DNA of 64,000 bases from Macrostomum lignano (lineage: Eukaryota). The stretch spans positions 44,129-108,128 of the forward strand of contig NIVC01000007.1 of NCBI GenBank assembly GCA_002269645.1, read 5' to 3'. Position 1 is the stretch's first letter. Each line of letters begins with the position of its first letter. The position numbers were made by a program, and so were the translations under genes. The notes beneath the pieces are model-generated. The model had not been told where the DNA came from. It saw nothing but the letters and a program-made list of their open reading frames with translations, and did not search any database. Shown piece by piece: positions 23,139-33,900 of this stretch.

Positions 23139-24179
23139 TCAGTGCGAGGACCTGGCCGTCTCGATACCCACGCCATCCCGGTGGGCAGCCGCTTCTGAGT
23201 GGCCTAGACCGCACCTCCGGCATTGATGAGCAAACTTGCAGTTTCTTCTGCTGCAACCGGCTTCCTTATTGAAGTCAAAGCACACAGGCTGCTGGCTCCG
23301 CTTCGACGGTCTCTCTGAGGCAGTCGGACCCCTCTGTGGTGCCATCAGGTAGGCGGCCACCAGACCCATGTCGGAGGCTCTGGCTTCCCAAGAGGTAGTA
23401 GCTGTCTGGCTTATTCTGCACTCATCGTCGAATCTCATGACGCGGGTCTTCTCGAAACCAAGGTCAAAAAGCTCTCCTATCCGAATATTAAAGCTCAGGT
23501 AGTCTCGGAGCTCAGAAACATCAGGACATTCTCCTTCACCGCTCTTAACTAGAGCTCCATCATCCAGCATCTTCAGCATTATGCGCGCATTGCCAGCAAT
23601 CCAGTCGCCAAAGGTCAGAGATTCTAACGCTGCCTCCTTCACTTTGTAGACAACTTTACCTGTCCGATCAACAGACTGGATGATACCCGCTTCCTGCTGC
23701 TTGCGTTTACAGATGAATTCGGGGATGCGGTAGGTACCATGCGGGATCGCTGGTCTAGCTGACTCACTCCCTGATATCACGTGACCAAACAACTCACCAT
23801 GGTTAGTTGAGGGAGCCCGGTGCCGCTGCAATAGGTTAACCTCGGCCTGCAGCTCGGCTTCTTCCTTGCGCAGTTTCAGCAGCCGTATACGCTGCTCGAC
23901 TTCCCGCACCTCGTCGTCCAGGCCGCCAGCCGCTCCAGACTCTGACGCCGCCGTCGCAGCTTCGCCGTCCGCCGCAGCCGCCAGCAAATCTTGAATGTTC
24001 TTCGAGCGAGTCGTCTCCGGGGTCAGTGAAGGTCTGCGATCATCGCCGTCCTGCAGTTCTGTAACGCTGTCGATGTGTGCAGACAGCCTCTCCAATAGCT
24101 CCATTTTGTTTCCGTGGGTTGGCAGGCCTAGGCCTTGCAACCTCTCGCGCAGTGACTTGACAGTGTCAGTGCTAGCCAT
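23139..24179 (-). CDS. Gag-like ORF1 of the Ngaro element (N-terminal SAP-like motif, coiled coil, C-terminal CCCH/CCHH zinc finger)
   Basis: ATG at 24179. TVKSLRERLQGLGLPTHGNKMELLERL is SAP-like; EVREVEQRIRLLKLRKEEAELQAEV is a coiled coil; CFDFNKEAGCSRRNCKFAHQCRRCGLGH is the zinc finger. Confidence 0.85.
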   Translation of the reverse strand: MASTDTVKSLRERLQGLGLPTHGNKMELLERLSAHIDSVTELQDGDDRRPSLTPETTRSKNIQDLLAAAADGEAATAASESGAAGGLDDEVREVEQRIRLLKLRKEEAELQAEVNLLQRHRAPSTNHGELFGHVISGSESARPAIPHGTYRIPEFICKRKQQEAGIIQSVDRTGKVVYKVKEAALESLTFGDWIAGNARIMLKMLDDGALVKSGEGECPDVSELRDYLSFNIRIGELFDLGFEKTRVMRFDDECRISQTATTSWEARASDMGLVAAYLMAPQRGPTASERPSKRSQQPVCFDFNKEAGCSRRNCKFAHQCRRCGLGHSEAAAHRDGVGIETARSSH

Positions 24180-24547
24180 GATTCAGCGATTGGCATTAGA
24201 GTTCAAAAAAAGAAAAAGAACTGCGCGAAAACACTGCCAACTCAGCAGCGCGGCTGGAGTAAAATACCCCCCCGCCGGCGGAGGGGTGGGCGCCCACCTA
24301 AACAACACAGAACGTACACACGCGGCGGGGGGGGGCGCACCACAGACGCAGCGTGCTTGGGCACTAAAGCCGGTTTGCTCAAGGCAAGCCTAGCGCAAAC
24401 CGCAGCCACTCGTAGTAGTAGAGCCAACGTGAAGTTATCGTTGTCATACTTGAAATGGGGATGCAGGAAATACATCCGAAAATCGAACAACAATCAAGAA
24501 CAACTTGCTTACAAACCATAGAAATATTTCCAGAGCTGAGATGAACG

Positions 24548-27204
24548 GTATCCGCCAATGTATCCGCCAATGTATCCGCCAATGTAGCCAACGGTATCCG
24601 CCCGATTGCCTCCAAGGTAGACGCCATTCAGCAGTGGCCGGCGCCCAAGGACGCGAACGCTTTACGGCGATTCCTCGGGGTCATCGGCTTTTATCGGCGG
24701 TTCATCCCGCACTTCGCTGACATCGCCGCACCGCTGCAAGATCTCGTTACATCGGCACGACGTTCACCGCGAGCCTACACCTGGGGACAAGTCCAAGAAG
24801 AGGCGTTCAGGCGACTCAAGGAGAGCCTGGCTGAGCGACTGCTGCTTCAGCACCCGGACCCGAACTGCGAGTCCTACAGCCTGGTCACGGACGCTTCATA
24901 CACCAGCATCGGCGCCGCGCTTCATCAAGCGTCCAGCGAGACCTCGACACCGATTGGCCTATTCAGCAAGAAGTTGACGGCTGCGCAGCAGAAGTACTCA
25001 GCGTTCGACCGAGAGCTTCTCGCCGTCTATCTGGCAGTGCTGCATTTCCGGAGCTTGATTGAGGGCCGCAACGTGACGGTCTTCACGGACCACAAGCCCC
25101 TGGTTCAAGCGTTCCACAGCAGCAGAGACGGCACATCGGACAGGAACCAGCGATACCTCAGCGTCATCACGGAGTACGTCACGGACGTCAGCTACATCCG
25201 AGGCGCCGACAACGTCGTCGCGGATGCTCTTTCGAGACTCGACGCCGACAACAGGGCGAGCATCGGACATGTCGACGCCGACCAGCCACCACCAGCGCCG
25301 ATCGATATCCCAGCCATCGCAGACCAGCAGCAACAGGAAGACATGCAACCATCCGACAACTGCCGCGTCTTCCCGGTGGACGGCAACAGGTCGCTGCTCT
25401 GCGAGACGTCGACGAGCTACCCGCGACCGGTGATTCCAAAGTCAATGCAACAGTCGCTGATAAGGCACTTCCATGACTTGGGTCACTTCGGCCTCCGCAA
25501 GACAGCCCGCCTCATCACATCGCGCTACTACTGGCCCAGCATGCGCTTCGACATCAAGAGCTACTGCCGAACCTGTGAGACTTGTCAACGCACCAAGATC
25601 AGCCGGCACACCATCTCCGGCAGCACAGCGTTTGACCTGCCTTCTAAGCGACTGGAGACGGTCCATATCGACATCGTCGGCCCCTTGCCTGTCCCGGAGC
25701 GCAAGCACGACGTCTCCTGCGGCCTGACCCCAAGGTATCTGCTTACTATGATCGACCGGGGCACTGGTTGGTTCGAGGCTGCTCCGCTTGAGTCCATCAC
25801 AGCTTCCAGCGTCGCCGCCGCCTTCCTGGCTACTTGGATTTCCCGATACGGGGTGCCGCTCTACATCGTTACAGATCGGGGAGCCCAATTCGAGGCGGAC
25901 CTCTTCAAGTACCTCGCCAGCAGGGTCGGTTTCTTTCGCCTGAGGACAACGGCGTATCACCCGCAGACAAACGGGAAGGTTGAGCGGGCGCACCGGACGC
26001 TGAAGAACATCCTGAAGGCTCACGGACCTTCTTGGCTGGACAGTCTGCCGCTTGCTTTGCTCGCCATGCACATCGCTCCCGACGAGAACGGCGTCAGCCC
26101 TTTTACGCGCCTCACGGGTGAGCATCCCATGGTTCCACGAGTCCTGGCGACGGAGGACATTGAACCGCAGACACTCCAGCTCCGGATGGACAGCATCATC
26201 GACGACGAGCAACGTCCAGGCACGACAGCACCAGTGAGGCAGTACATCCCGGCTGACCTGTGGAGCGCCAAGAAAGTCTGGCTGAGGGTGGACCGCGTGC
26301 GCAAGCCCCTTGAAGCGCCCTATCAAGGCCCATTCCGAGTCATCCAAAGGACGGCAAAGTTTTTCGTCATCGAGACACGTCCAGGTCATCAGGAAACCGT
26401 CTCTATCGACCGTCTAAAGCCGCTACGAGGACCCCAAGGAGCCACCGGCGCACGGCCAGTTGAGCAGCACCGACCGGAGAACCTGCCATCGTCACGACAG
26501 CCATCTCATGCAACGCCGCCATCGGCAGCCGAGTCCAGTTTGACACAGCCGTCAGAATCCGAGCTGCCATCAGCGTCACCAACTCCGGACCCACCCGCTG
26601 CACCCGCCGCGACGGAGCCGGAAAAGGTGACTAGAAGCGGTCGCCGCGTGAGATTCGCCAGAGACAATGATTTTCATTACTATTGACATCGCATTTTTCC
26701 AATTTTTTCTCACTTTTCTTTCATCTCGTTTCCATTGCACCGTACATGTACTGTTTTCATTGTTTCGTTCTTAGTATCTGGGGACTCCGTCTTCCGTGGG
26801 GGGAACTATTGTAGCGTAAAGCATCAATTTTAGAAAGTACGTATCGCGCAATATTTATTTTTAGAAATTAGAATCTTCGAGAAATTACTTTTTGTAGTGC
26901 AAGTTAAAGTTCATTCTAGAAATTTCCTTTAGTTTAATCAAACGTTAGTTTTACTTCTAAATATTGAGTATAAAATTTATTGTTGTCATATTTATTAATG
27001 CATTTGTACAGCAGTGCTACGTAATAGCATTTAGAATATTTAATTTTGTTTTAACTAACGAAACTTCTAGAAATTTCCGGTTATACTCAGTTCAGTACTA
27101 TAAATAAACGTAACCTATGTACTTCAACTCTTTAAGTGATTCTTTTCATTCAGCAAACACAGAACCACCGCCTTGGCTCTTTATCTTCATCAACTATCGC
27201 TACA
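24548..27204 (+). mobile_element. 5'-truncated Ty3/Gypsy LTR retrotransposon (end of RT, RNase H, integrase, PPT, 3' LTR)
   Basis: Open frame from about 24548: GIRPIASKVDAI, LRRFLGVIGFYRRFIP, LVTDAS, YSAFDRELLA, FTDHKPL. Integrase HHCC finger, VHIDIVGP, IVTDRGAQF, YHPQTNGKVER and GPF motif; stop at 26686. No gag, protease or 5' LTR in the window. Confidence 0.92.
26810..27204 (+). repeat. 3' LTR of the Gypsy element (395 bp)
   Basis: Follows the polypurine tract GGGGGGAAC; begins TGTAGCG and ends CGCTACA (perfect 7-bp inverted termini). Confidence 0.85.
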
Positions 27205-28377
27205 TACCAACGTTCTGAGACTTGGTTTTGCTGTTTAAATTTCGCTCTTTGAGGTAACCTTCATAAATCACAAAATTGCACATACGAAACAGAGCTTCAA
27301 ACTTGCAATGGAAAAAGATCTGACATTCACATCTTTATTACTGGACACTATCCTAACTATAGATCGCTTGGCTCGACGTTCATTTCGACGAAGATTGTAT
27401 TGTTGGTAAAAGCCAGATTTTTGACGAAAACCGGCGAATGTGCACGTCGGATCATCTATCGGTGCGAGTGTCAAACTCCAGAAGCGTAGTTTTTTGTACA
27501 CAACATGTGACTCACCAATGTTCTCTTCTCTTTTAATTAAAAGTAGTTGAAAATTATGTACTATTTTAGTCATTAGGTTTTGAAAGCTCTCATAAAATAA
27601 TATTCCTTTGTAAAAATTATATCGGCATTACTTAAACTGCCGGAAAACTTTTCGCAGTATTTTTGTCCTTTTTACGCTATAGACGTTAGCGATATTCGCC
27701 AGGGATATAGCGATTTAGCGATTTTCGCTGATGATGATTACATATCCCACATATATTTGCAAGTAGCTAGTAACAACTGACTGAAATAAGAGAATTTCCA
27801 TACGAGAGCAATTTAGTAATCAGAACGCAGAAAAGAGGAGCAAAAAAATTATAGCCTTTTCATCAGAAATTTTAACGACGCGACGATGCATAAACATCAA
27901 AACACTAGCATCGGTCATTCTGAATATATTGTACTTAAAAACAAGCAGCGCAAAAGTTCATATGCATTAAGTGCAATGTACTTATAGAAATGCATTCACT
28001 GAATCGATTTACTTTAAAGTATAATTAAGTACAATTATAGGAGTAAGAAAGTTTTTAAAAAAATAAATAGTTGCTTTAGGCCATCTGCTTGATTGTGAAT
28101 TTTCTATGGCAGCAGAGCATACACTGAATTTTATAAGCATACTAAAAACGTTGACAACATTGATGAGTTACATAAAACACGTATAGCATGCGAATTGATT
28201 CTGGATAGAAAAAATAAAAAATAAAACAAACTATACTACTTCCAATGAATTATGAAGTAGCTACTGTAGTAGACAGAGCTGGGAAATTAATTTATAAAAA
28301 CACTAATCGCGGACTGCATAGATCAGACGCCTGCTGATGAATTTAGCAAGTTTATTTTTAAGAACTGAACGATAAAA

Positions 28378-30119
28378 TCAACTCCTGCGCTGTTTCCCTT
28401 TTGACGCTGCATTATCCTTCTTATCGTCTTCTTTCTTCTTTTCTTTTGCTTCTTCTTCGTCATCGTCTTCGTCGTCGTCATCAACGTGGTTGAGCACCAC
28501 TCCTCTGGCGGCTGGACGCTTCCGCTGCATCGGATTGAGCAGACTCATCCCAGGCAGGGCGGTTCGAATGGCGCGCCTACCGCCAGCGCCACCGGCACCA
28601 CCAGCAGCGGCGGCGCCGAGCTGTTTAGCTAAGCTGACAGCCGTAGAGGCGCCGCCGCCAGATCGGGCGGCCTCCAAATCTCGCCTGCTGGCATCCAGCC
28701 TGGCTGAGAGGTCATGGGTCCGACTGGACAGCAGGCAGAACAAGCGGCGTCGATAAGCGGCTTGGTCGGCCGGGGGGTTGAGGCTGATTTGAACGCCAGC
28801 AACCGGCAGCTGCAGAGTCAGCGGGGCGCCCGGCGTGGTAGGCGGTTGTTGAAGTTCGCGGAGACTGGCCCTGTGTTGAATGTCGAATAATGTAGATTTC
28901 TCAGATTTCGATATACTATTAAAGTAGATCTTCGGGATCAGGGCTTCTGCAGACCTGGTTCTTATCTTTAGGATTGGTGTCTCAATCTTTAAGATCAGGG
29001 TTTTAGGTTCTCGGATCAGGGTCTCAATCTTTGGGATCAGGGTCTCAATCTTTGGGATCAGGGTCTCAATCTTTGGGATCAGGGTCTCAATCTTTGGGAT
29101 CAGGGTCTCAATCTTTGGGATCAGGGTCTCAATCTTTGGGATCAGGGTCTCAATCTTTGGGATCAGGGTCTCAATCTTTGGGATCAGGGTCTCAATCTTT
29201 GGGATCAGGGTCTCAATCTTCGTGACCAGTGTTTTAATTTCTAGGATCAGGGTCTCAATCTTCGTGACCAGTGTTTTACTTTCTAGGATCAGGGTCTCAA
29301 TCTTCGTGACCAGTGTTTTACTTTCTAGGATCAGGGTCTCAATCTTCGAGATCAGGGTCTTAATCTTCGTGACCAGTGTTTTAATTTCTAGGATCAGGGT
29401 CTCAATCTTCGTGACCAGTGTTTTAATTTCTAGGATCAGGGTCTCAATCTTCGTGACCAGTGTTTTAATTTCTAGGATCAGGGTCTCAATCTTCGTGACC
29501 AGTGTTTTACTTTCTAGGATCAGGGTCTCAATCTTCGAGATCAGGGTCTTAATCTTCGTGACCAGTGTTTTCATTTCTAGGATCAGGGTCTCAATCTTCG
29601 TGACCAGTGTTTTACTTTCTAGGATCAGGGTCTCAATCTTCGTGACCAGTGTTTTCATTTCTAGGATCAGGGTCTCAATCTTCGAGATCAGGGTCTTAAT
29701 CTTCGTGACCAGTGTTTTCATTTCTAGGATCAGGGTCTCAATCTTCGTGACCAGTGTTTTAATTTCTAGGATCAGGGTCTCAATCTTTAAGATCAGCGTC
29801 TCAATCATAAGTTTGAAATTGGTCTGTACACTTTAGTCTTTAAGCCCTAAGCAAAGCAATTATATAAAAAAATACTATAGTGCCATTCATTTGCATACCC
29901 AATTAGATTGACAACACCTTGTCGATTGCTTAGACCCAGTCGTGTCTGTAGATCGTCAATCTCATTATTGCCAAGATCAGCATACAGAACACTGTCACCG
30001 TTTGACAAATAGATATGCCAATGACCATCATTGCTCAACTCTGTTACTAGAGTGTAAGGACCAATCAGCCTGACCATGGAGTCCAAGCAGCTGTTTTTTA
30101 TTGCATCAGATAGTGACAT
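28378..30119 (-). CDS. PAXX: PAXX-like (XRCC4/XLF paralog) NHEJ factor, 2 exons (30119-29899, 28870-28378), 237 aa
   Basis: The head WHIYLSNGDSVLYADLGNNEIDDLQTRLGLS parallels human PAXX FNLYVTDAAELWSTCFTPDSLAALKARFGLS as recalled. A short coiled coil follows. The tail LPGMSLLNPMQRKRPAARGVVL parallels PGESLINPGFKSKKPAGGVDF. The phase-2 GT-AG junction gives 714 nt. Confidence 0.65.
28995..29800. repeat. 21-bp and derived 42-bp minisatellite in the PAXX-like intron
   Basis: GATCAGGGTCTCAATCTTTGG units, then 42-bp units; source of the spurious KIETLI ORF. Confidence 0.95.
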
Positions 30120-32503
30120 TTCTTTAGAGAATAAGTTTACACTGAAAAGATAGCACACAGATTTGTTAAACTTTTAAGTATTAATTATAAGAACTTAAAA
30201 AACATTTATTATAAATATACAATAGTTGTATAAGATATAATTATTTGGTACAAGGTTAGTAAACTTATATATTAGCTAAAAAACTATGGAAAAGTTCATA
30301 AATTCATAATATAGTTTAAAAAGCCAGCTTATTTTTTAACTTATGTATAGAGCTCTTATTCATTGACATTTCTTTAGAGAAATGTCATATTTTTCTTTTC
30401 TATTAAATGTATATTACATTTTGAATCCATGTGATTGCTAAGAAAGTGATTTGTTATACTGTGCATATTTTCCAAAATATTTTCACAATCTAATTATTGT
30501 TTTAATAAAGTCAAAAACTTAGTTTAAATAGATGCATTTTTGGCAAGAGAGAGCCCAACCATTTTAAGTTTGGCTTGACTTCAAATTAGCATTGCAATTG
30601 AAGTGTTCAATGAGTTAGGAAATATCTAAAGAAGTGTTTTCAAATTTGATTCATCTCATGACAGAGTGAAGTAGAAGGAAATTGTGTGCTATATAAGTAG
30701 AATAAGTACTGATAAGAAGAACATAAAGAGAAGGAAAATGATGTAGATCAATAACAATATAGTATATAAAAATATATAGAATATAGAGACCATGACCCTC
30801 TAATCTTAGGAATGCCTAGGACTAGAAGTAATACATGCAGAACATATACCAGTAGTAATAACAGTAATATACCACTCAGGCTAGCTTTACATATAATGCT
30901 TCCAGAACTAGTAAGAATGCTAATAGCAGAATGATAACACTACCAGTAAATACTCAGAAGTCAGAACTATACCCAGACTTGTCATTGTACTAAGAGAAAT
31001 ACACAGACTAATGCTCAGACATATACTTAGACAATTATTTAGATATATACTAAGAATAACTCATAGACTAATTTTAAGAAAATAGAGGATTTACCCTGTA
31101 ACAACTTTGTGACAGCTGTGAGACTAGTTTAAAGGACAGAAGAATGACCCCTTGGACACTTAGCTTGTATAATGTACATATTTTTATTTGTTGCTAAAAG
31201 TTACTAAAATCCTTAATAGCCAAGGACCTAATAAGCTTATCTCACAAAAGCTTTGCAACTGGTAATATTTATCCAATTTTAAAATGTTCTATTGCTCCAC
31301 CCTGACCTATCAAATTAATGGCTCAAATTGATGTGCTTTTGGTTGTCTTGGGGTAGTTTAGTAAGTCTTCAGTATCCCACCACTGCCACCACTAAAGTAT
31401 TGACATAGTACTTTTGTGATTTTTGTGTTTTTTAAGTTTTGAGAGAGAACACCAACTATGGACTGCATTGCTCTGCCAAAATTTCTGTCCCTGACCTGCC
31501 TATTGATCTTTGGACAAATTTATTGTATAGAATAATTATTCATCAAATATTTTTTATTGTTAGCCTTGGTTTTTTGTTTTAATAAAATAAATCTTAAGAT
31601 GCACCATGGAGTGCAAAATGCATTGACTTATTAATGTTGATTGTTGGTTTTTTATTCATATTATTTGCAAAGTGACAACTCTATCTGATTTATACTGACA
31701 ATTGTCTTGGTGTGGTTTGGTAGATCTTTAGAATCCTAATAAAACAACATTGTACTTGTGCTTTTTGGCTGCACTAGCATAGTATAAATGGCTCTCTGTT
31801 ATATCTGATTATAAGCCTTTTAGTAGCAAAGTTAGTTGCTACAATAATGTGCCAGGTCTAAGCCTTCAGTAAGATGAGCTTCTATTCGGATTAAATAAAC
31901 AAGTTAACAAACTGGCACTACATGCAGATTTGCAGATTAACAAACAAGGCATCTGGTCAGCAGATCCCACTAGGCTTAGTAGGTGGTTGGGAAGGCAGTA
32001 TTAGCTTCCTTTAGGCTTGGGCATCTAAGTTCAGTCAGGCCAATTATAGATGGCTTTAAACAAAGAAATGTTGAGAATCCAAAACAGGATAGCAAAAGAA
32101 CTGAAAGCAAGGAACTAGACCTAAAACTGAAACAGAAATCTTTTATAGAAACAAAGGTGAGAGGGGTCCATACTTATATAGGCTAAGAATCCCCATTGTG
32201 CCATTGTGCACAAGACTGCATGACTGTCACCTTGAGCTTTATAGAAGGCAAAGGTCCTTGGACAATATGCATCAGACCATATGACAAAGTATCTATTTTT
32301 AGAACTGATGAACTGATTGCCTCTTGCCTTAGAGAAGGCTGGGGTCCTAGGACAGGTGATTTCTCTATAAACATAGGCCAGTGCAGTTGACATGTTTATT
32401 ACATTTTTGGACTCCATGAAAACATGGCTTGTCATGTGACTTGCTTATATAACAAGAGAAAACAGGTCACCAACCATGACCTTAAAACTAGAGTGAAACA
32501 AAC

Positions 32504-33035
32504 GGGTCCACCCCAACTGCCAGCCGGAAAACTGCCAGCCGACAATTGCCAGCCGACAACTGCCAGCCGACAACTGCCAATTGACAACTGCCAGCCGACA
32601 ATTGCCAGCCGAGAAAACTGCCAGCCGGAAAAGTGCCAGCCGACAACTGCCAGTCAACAATTGCCAGTCAACAATTGCCAGCCGAGAAAACTGCCAGCCG
32701 GAAAACTGCCAGCCAACAACTGTCAGCTCAGAAATCTGCCAGCTGACAACTGCCAGCCGACAAGTTCTAGCTAATTGAATCTACTGTAGCCTACTTATTA
32801 GCTAAGTAAAAAGCACGAAACTGTTTGGCTAGCAAAAGGCTTGTGGGGTAGCCTTAAATGTTGCCCTTCCCTACCCTAATTTTTTCAGATTTCCATTAGA
32901 AGTATATATTAGCTAATAAGTAGGCTACAGTAAATTCAATTAGCTAGAACTTGTCGGCTGGCAGTTGTTGGCTGGCAGATTTCTCGGCTGGCAGTTGTTG
33001 GCTGGCAATTGTCGGCTGGCAGTTGGGGTGCTCCC
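32504..33035. mobile_element. Non-autonomous Mutator-like foldback element with 9-bp TSD
   Basis: GAAACAAAC flanks both ends (32495-32503, 33036-33044). Termini GGGTCCACCCCAACTGCCAGCCG and CGGCTGGCAGTTGGGGTGCTCCC. The arms are inverted arrays of CTGCCAGCCGACAA, with further inverted arms at about 32775-32806 and 32911-32941. Confidence 0.8.
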
Positions 33036-33619
33036 GAAACAAACAGCAGACCACAGCAGAGATGCCTGTGGCTATAAGAATGTAGAAAAAGAGAGGGAAA
33101 TAGAGAATGGGCAGGCAAAAGAGGAGAGAGGCTGCTTAGCAGCAGATAGTAACCTAAGGCAAAGGCAAGGAAAATTGGTGAAAGTAGTGCAATGCCTAAC
33201 ATTAAACTAATGGCTCACTACATAACATAATAGTCTTCTAAGTTATTGAGAAGCCTAGATATAAAAAATAAAAATGGGGAATATGTGTTTTTATAACCAT
33301 ATATGTATCTATATATTCTTTGTAAAACCTTTCCATAACAAAAATTAGGGAAAATTGCAATAATTTATAAAAAAATCTATTACATTTTTTTAATCACATA
33401 ACTTATAGGAAAAGTGAGTTTTTCCCCTGATTCCCTGAAATCCATCAGCTGAATCCCATGACCTAACCCATTATCCTAATCCTTTCAAATCTATCAAAAT
33501 CCCCTAAATGAAACTGGACTTCATTAATATCTTTTCCATGAAACAGAAATACTTCAAAGTCTTTCCATTGAACAAAACTCCATCAAAAGCCTCTTTATTA
33601 AACAGAACACCATCAAAAG

Positions 33620-33900
33620 CTTATCTGTGAAAGACATTAATCAAAATCTCTATAAGACAGAAATCCATCACAATCCTTTTTGTGAAACAAGATTCTATCA
33701 AAATCCTATTTGTGAAACAGAAATCTATCAAAATCCTCTTTGTGAAACAGAAATCTATTAAAATCCTCTTTGTGAAACAGATATCTATCAAAATCATTTT
33801 TGTAAAATATAAATCTATCAAAATCTTTTTTGTGAAACTGAAAGCCATTGAAATCCTCTTTATGAAACAGAACTTTATCAATTTTTTTTGATGAAACTGA
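33620..33900. repeat. Degenerate 30-bp tandem repeat
   Basis: Units of about AAATCTATCAAAATCCTCTTTGTGAAACAG. Confidence 0.75.

Larger units (their letters stand above)
20041..24407 (-). mobile_element. Ngaro-type DIRS-order tyrosine-recombinase retrotransposon, apparently full length, split direct repeats A1-ORFs-B1-A2-B2
   Basis: A1 about 24214-24407 and A2 about 20156-20350 differ only in a C-run length as read. B1 20351-20415 and B2 20041-20105 are identical 65-mers. Three uninterrupted ORFs (gag, RT/RH, YR); no TSD. Confidence 0.92.

Noticed and set aside
27268-27573. 101-aa ORF next to the Gypsy LTR
   Set aside because: No recognisable motif and no supporting splice pattern.
28900-29836. 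KIETLI-repeat N-terminal part of the 476-aa ORF and its antisense ORFs
   Set aside because: Intronic 21/42-bp minisatellite; only 28870-28378 is a real exon.
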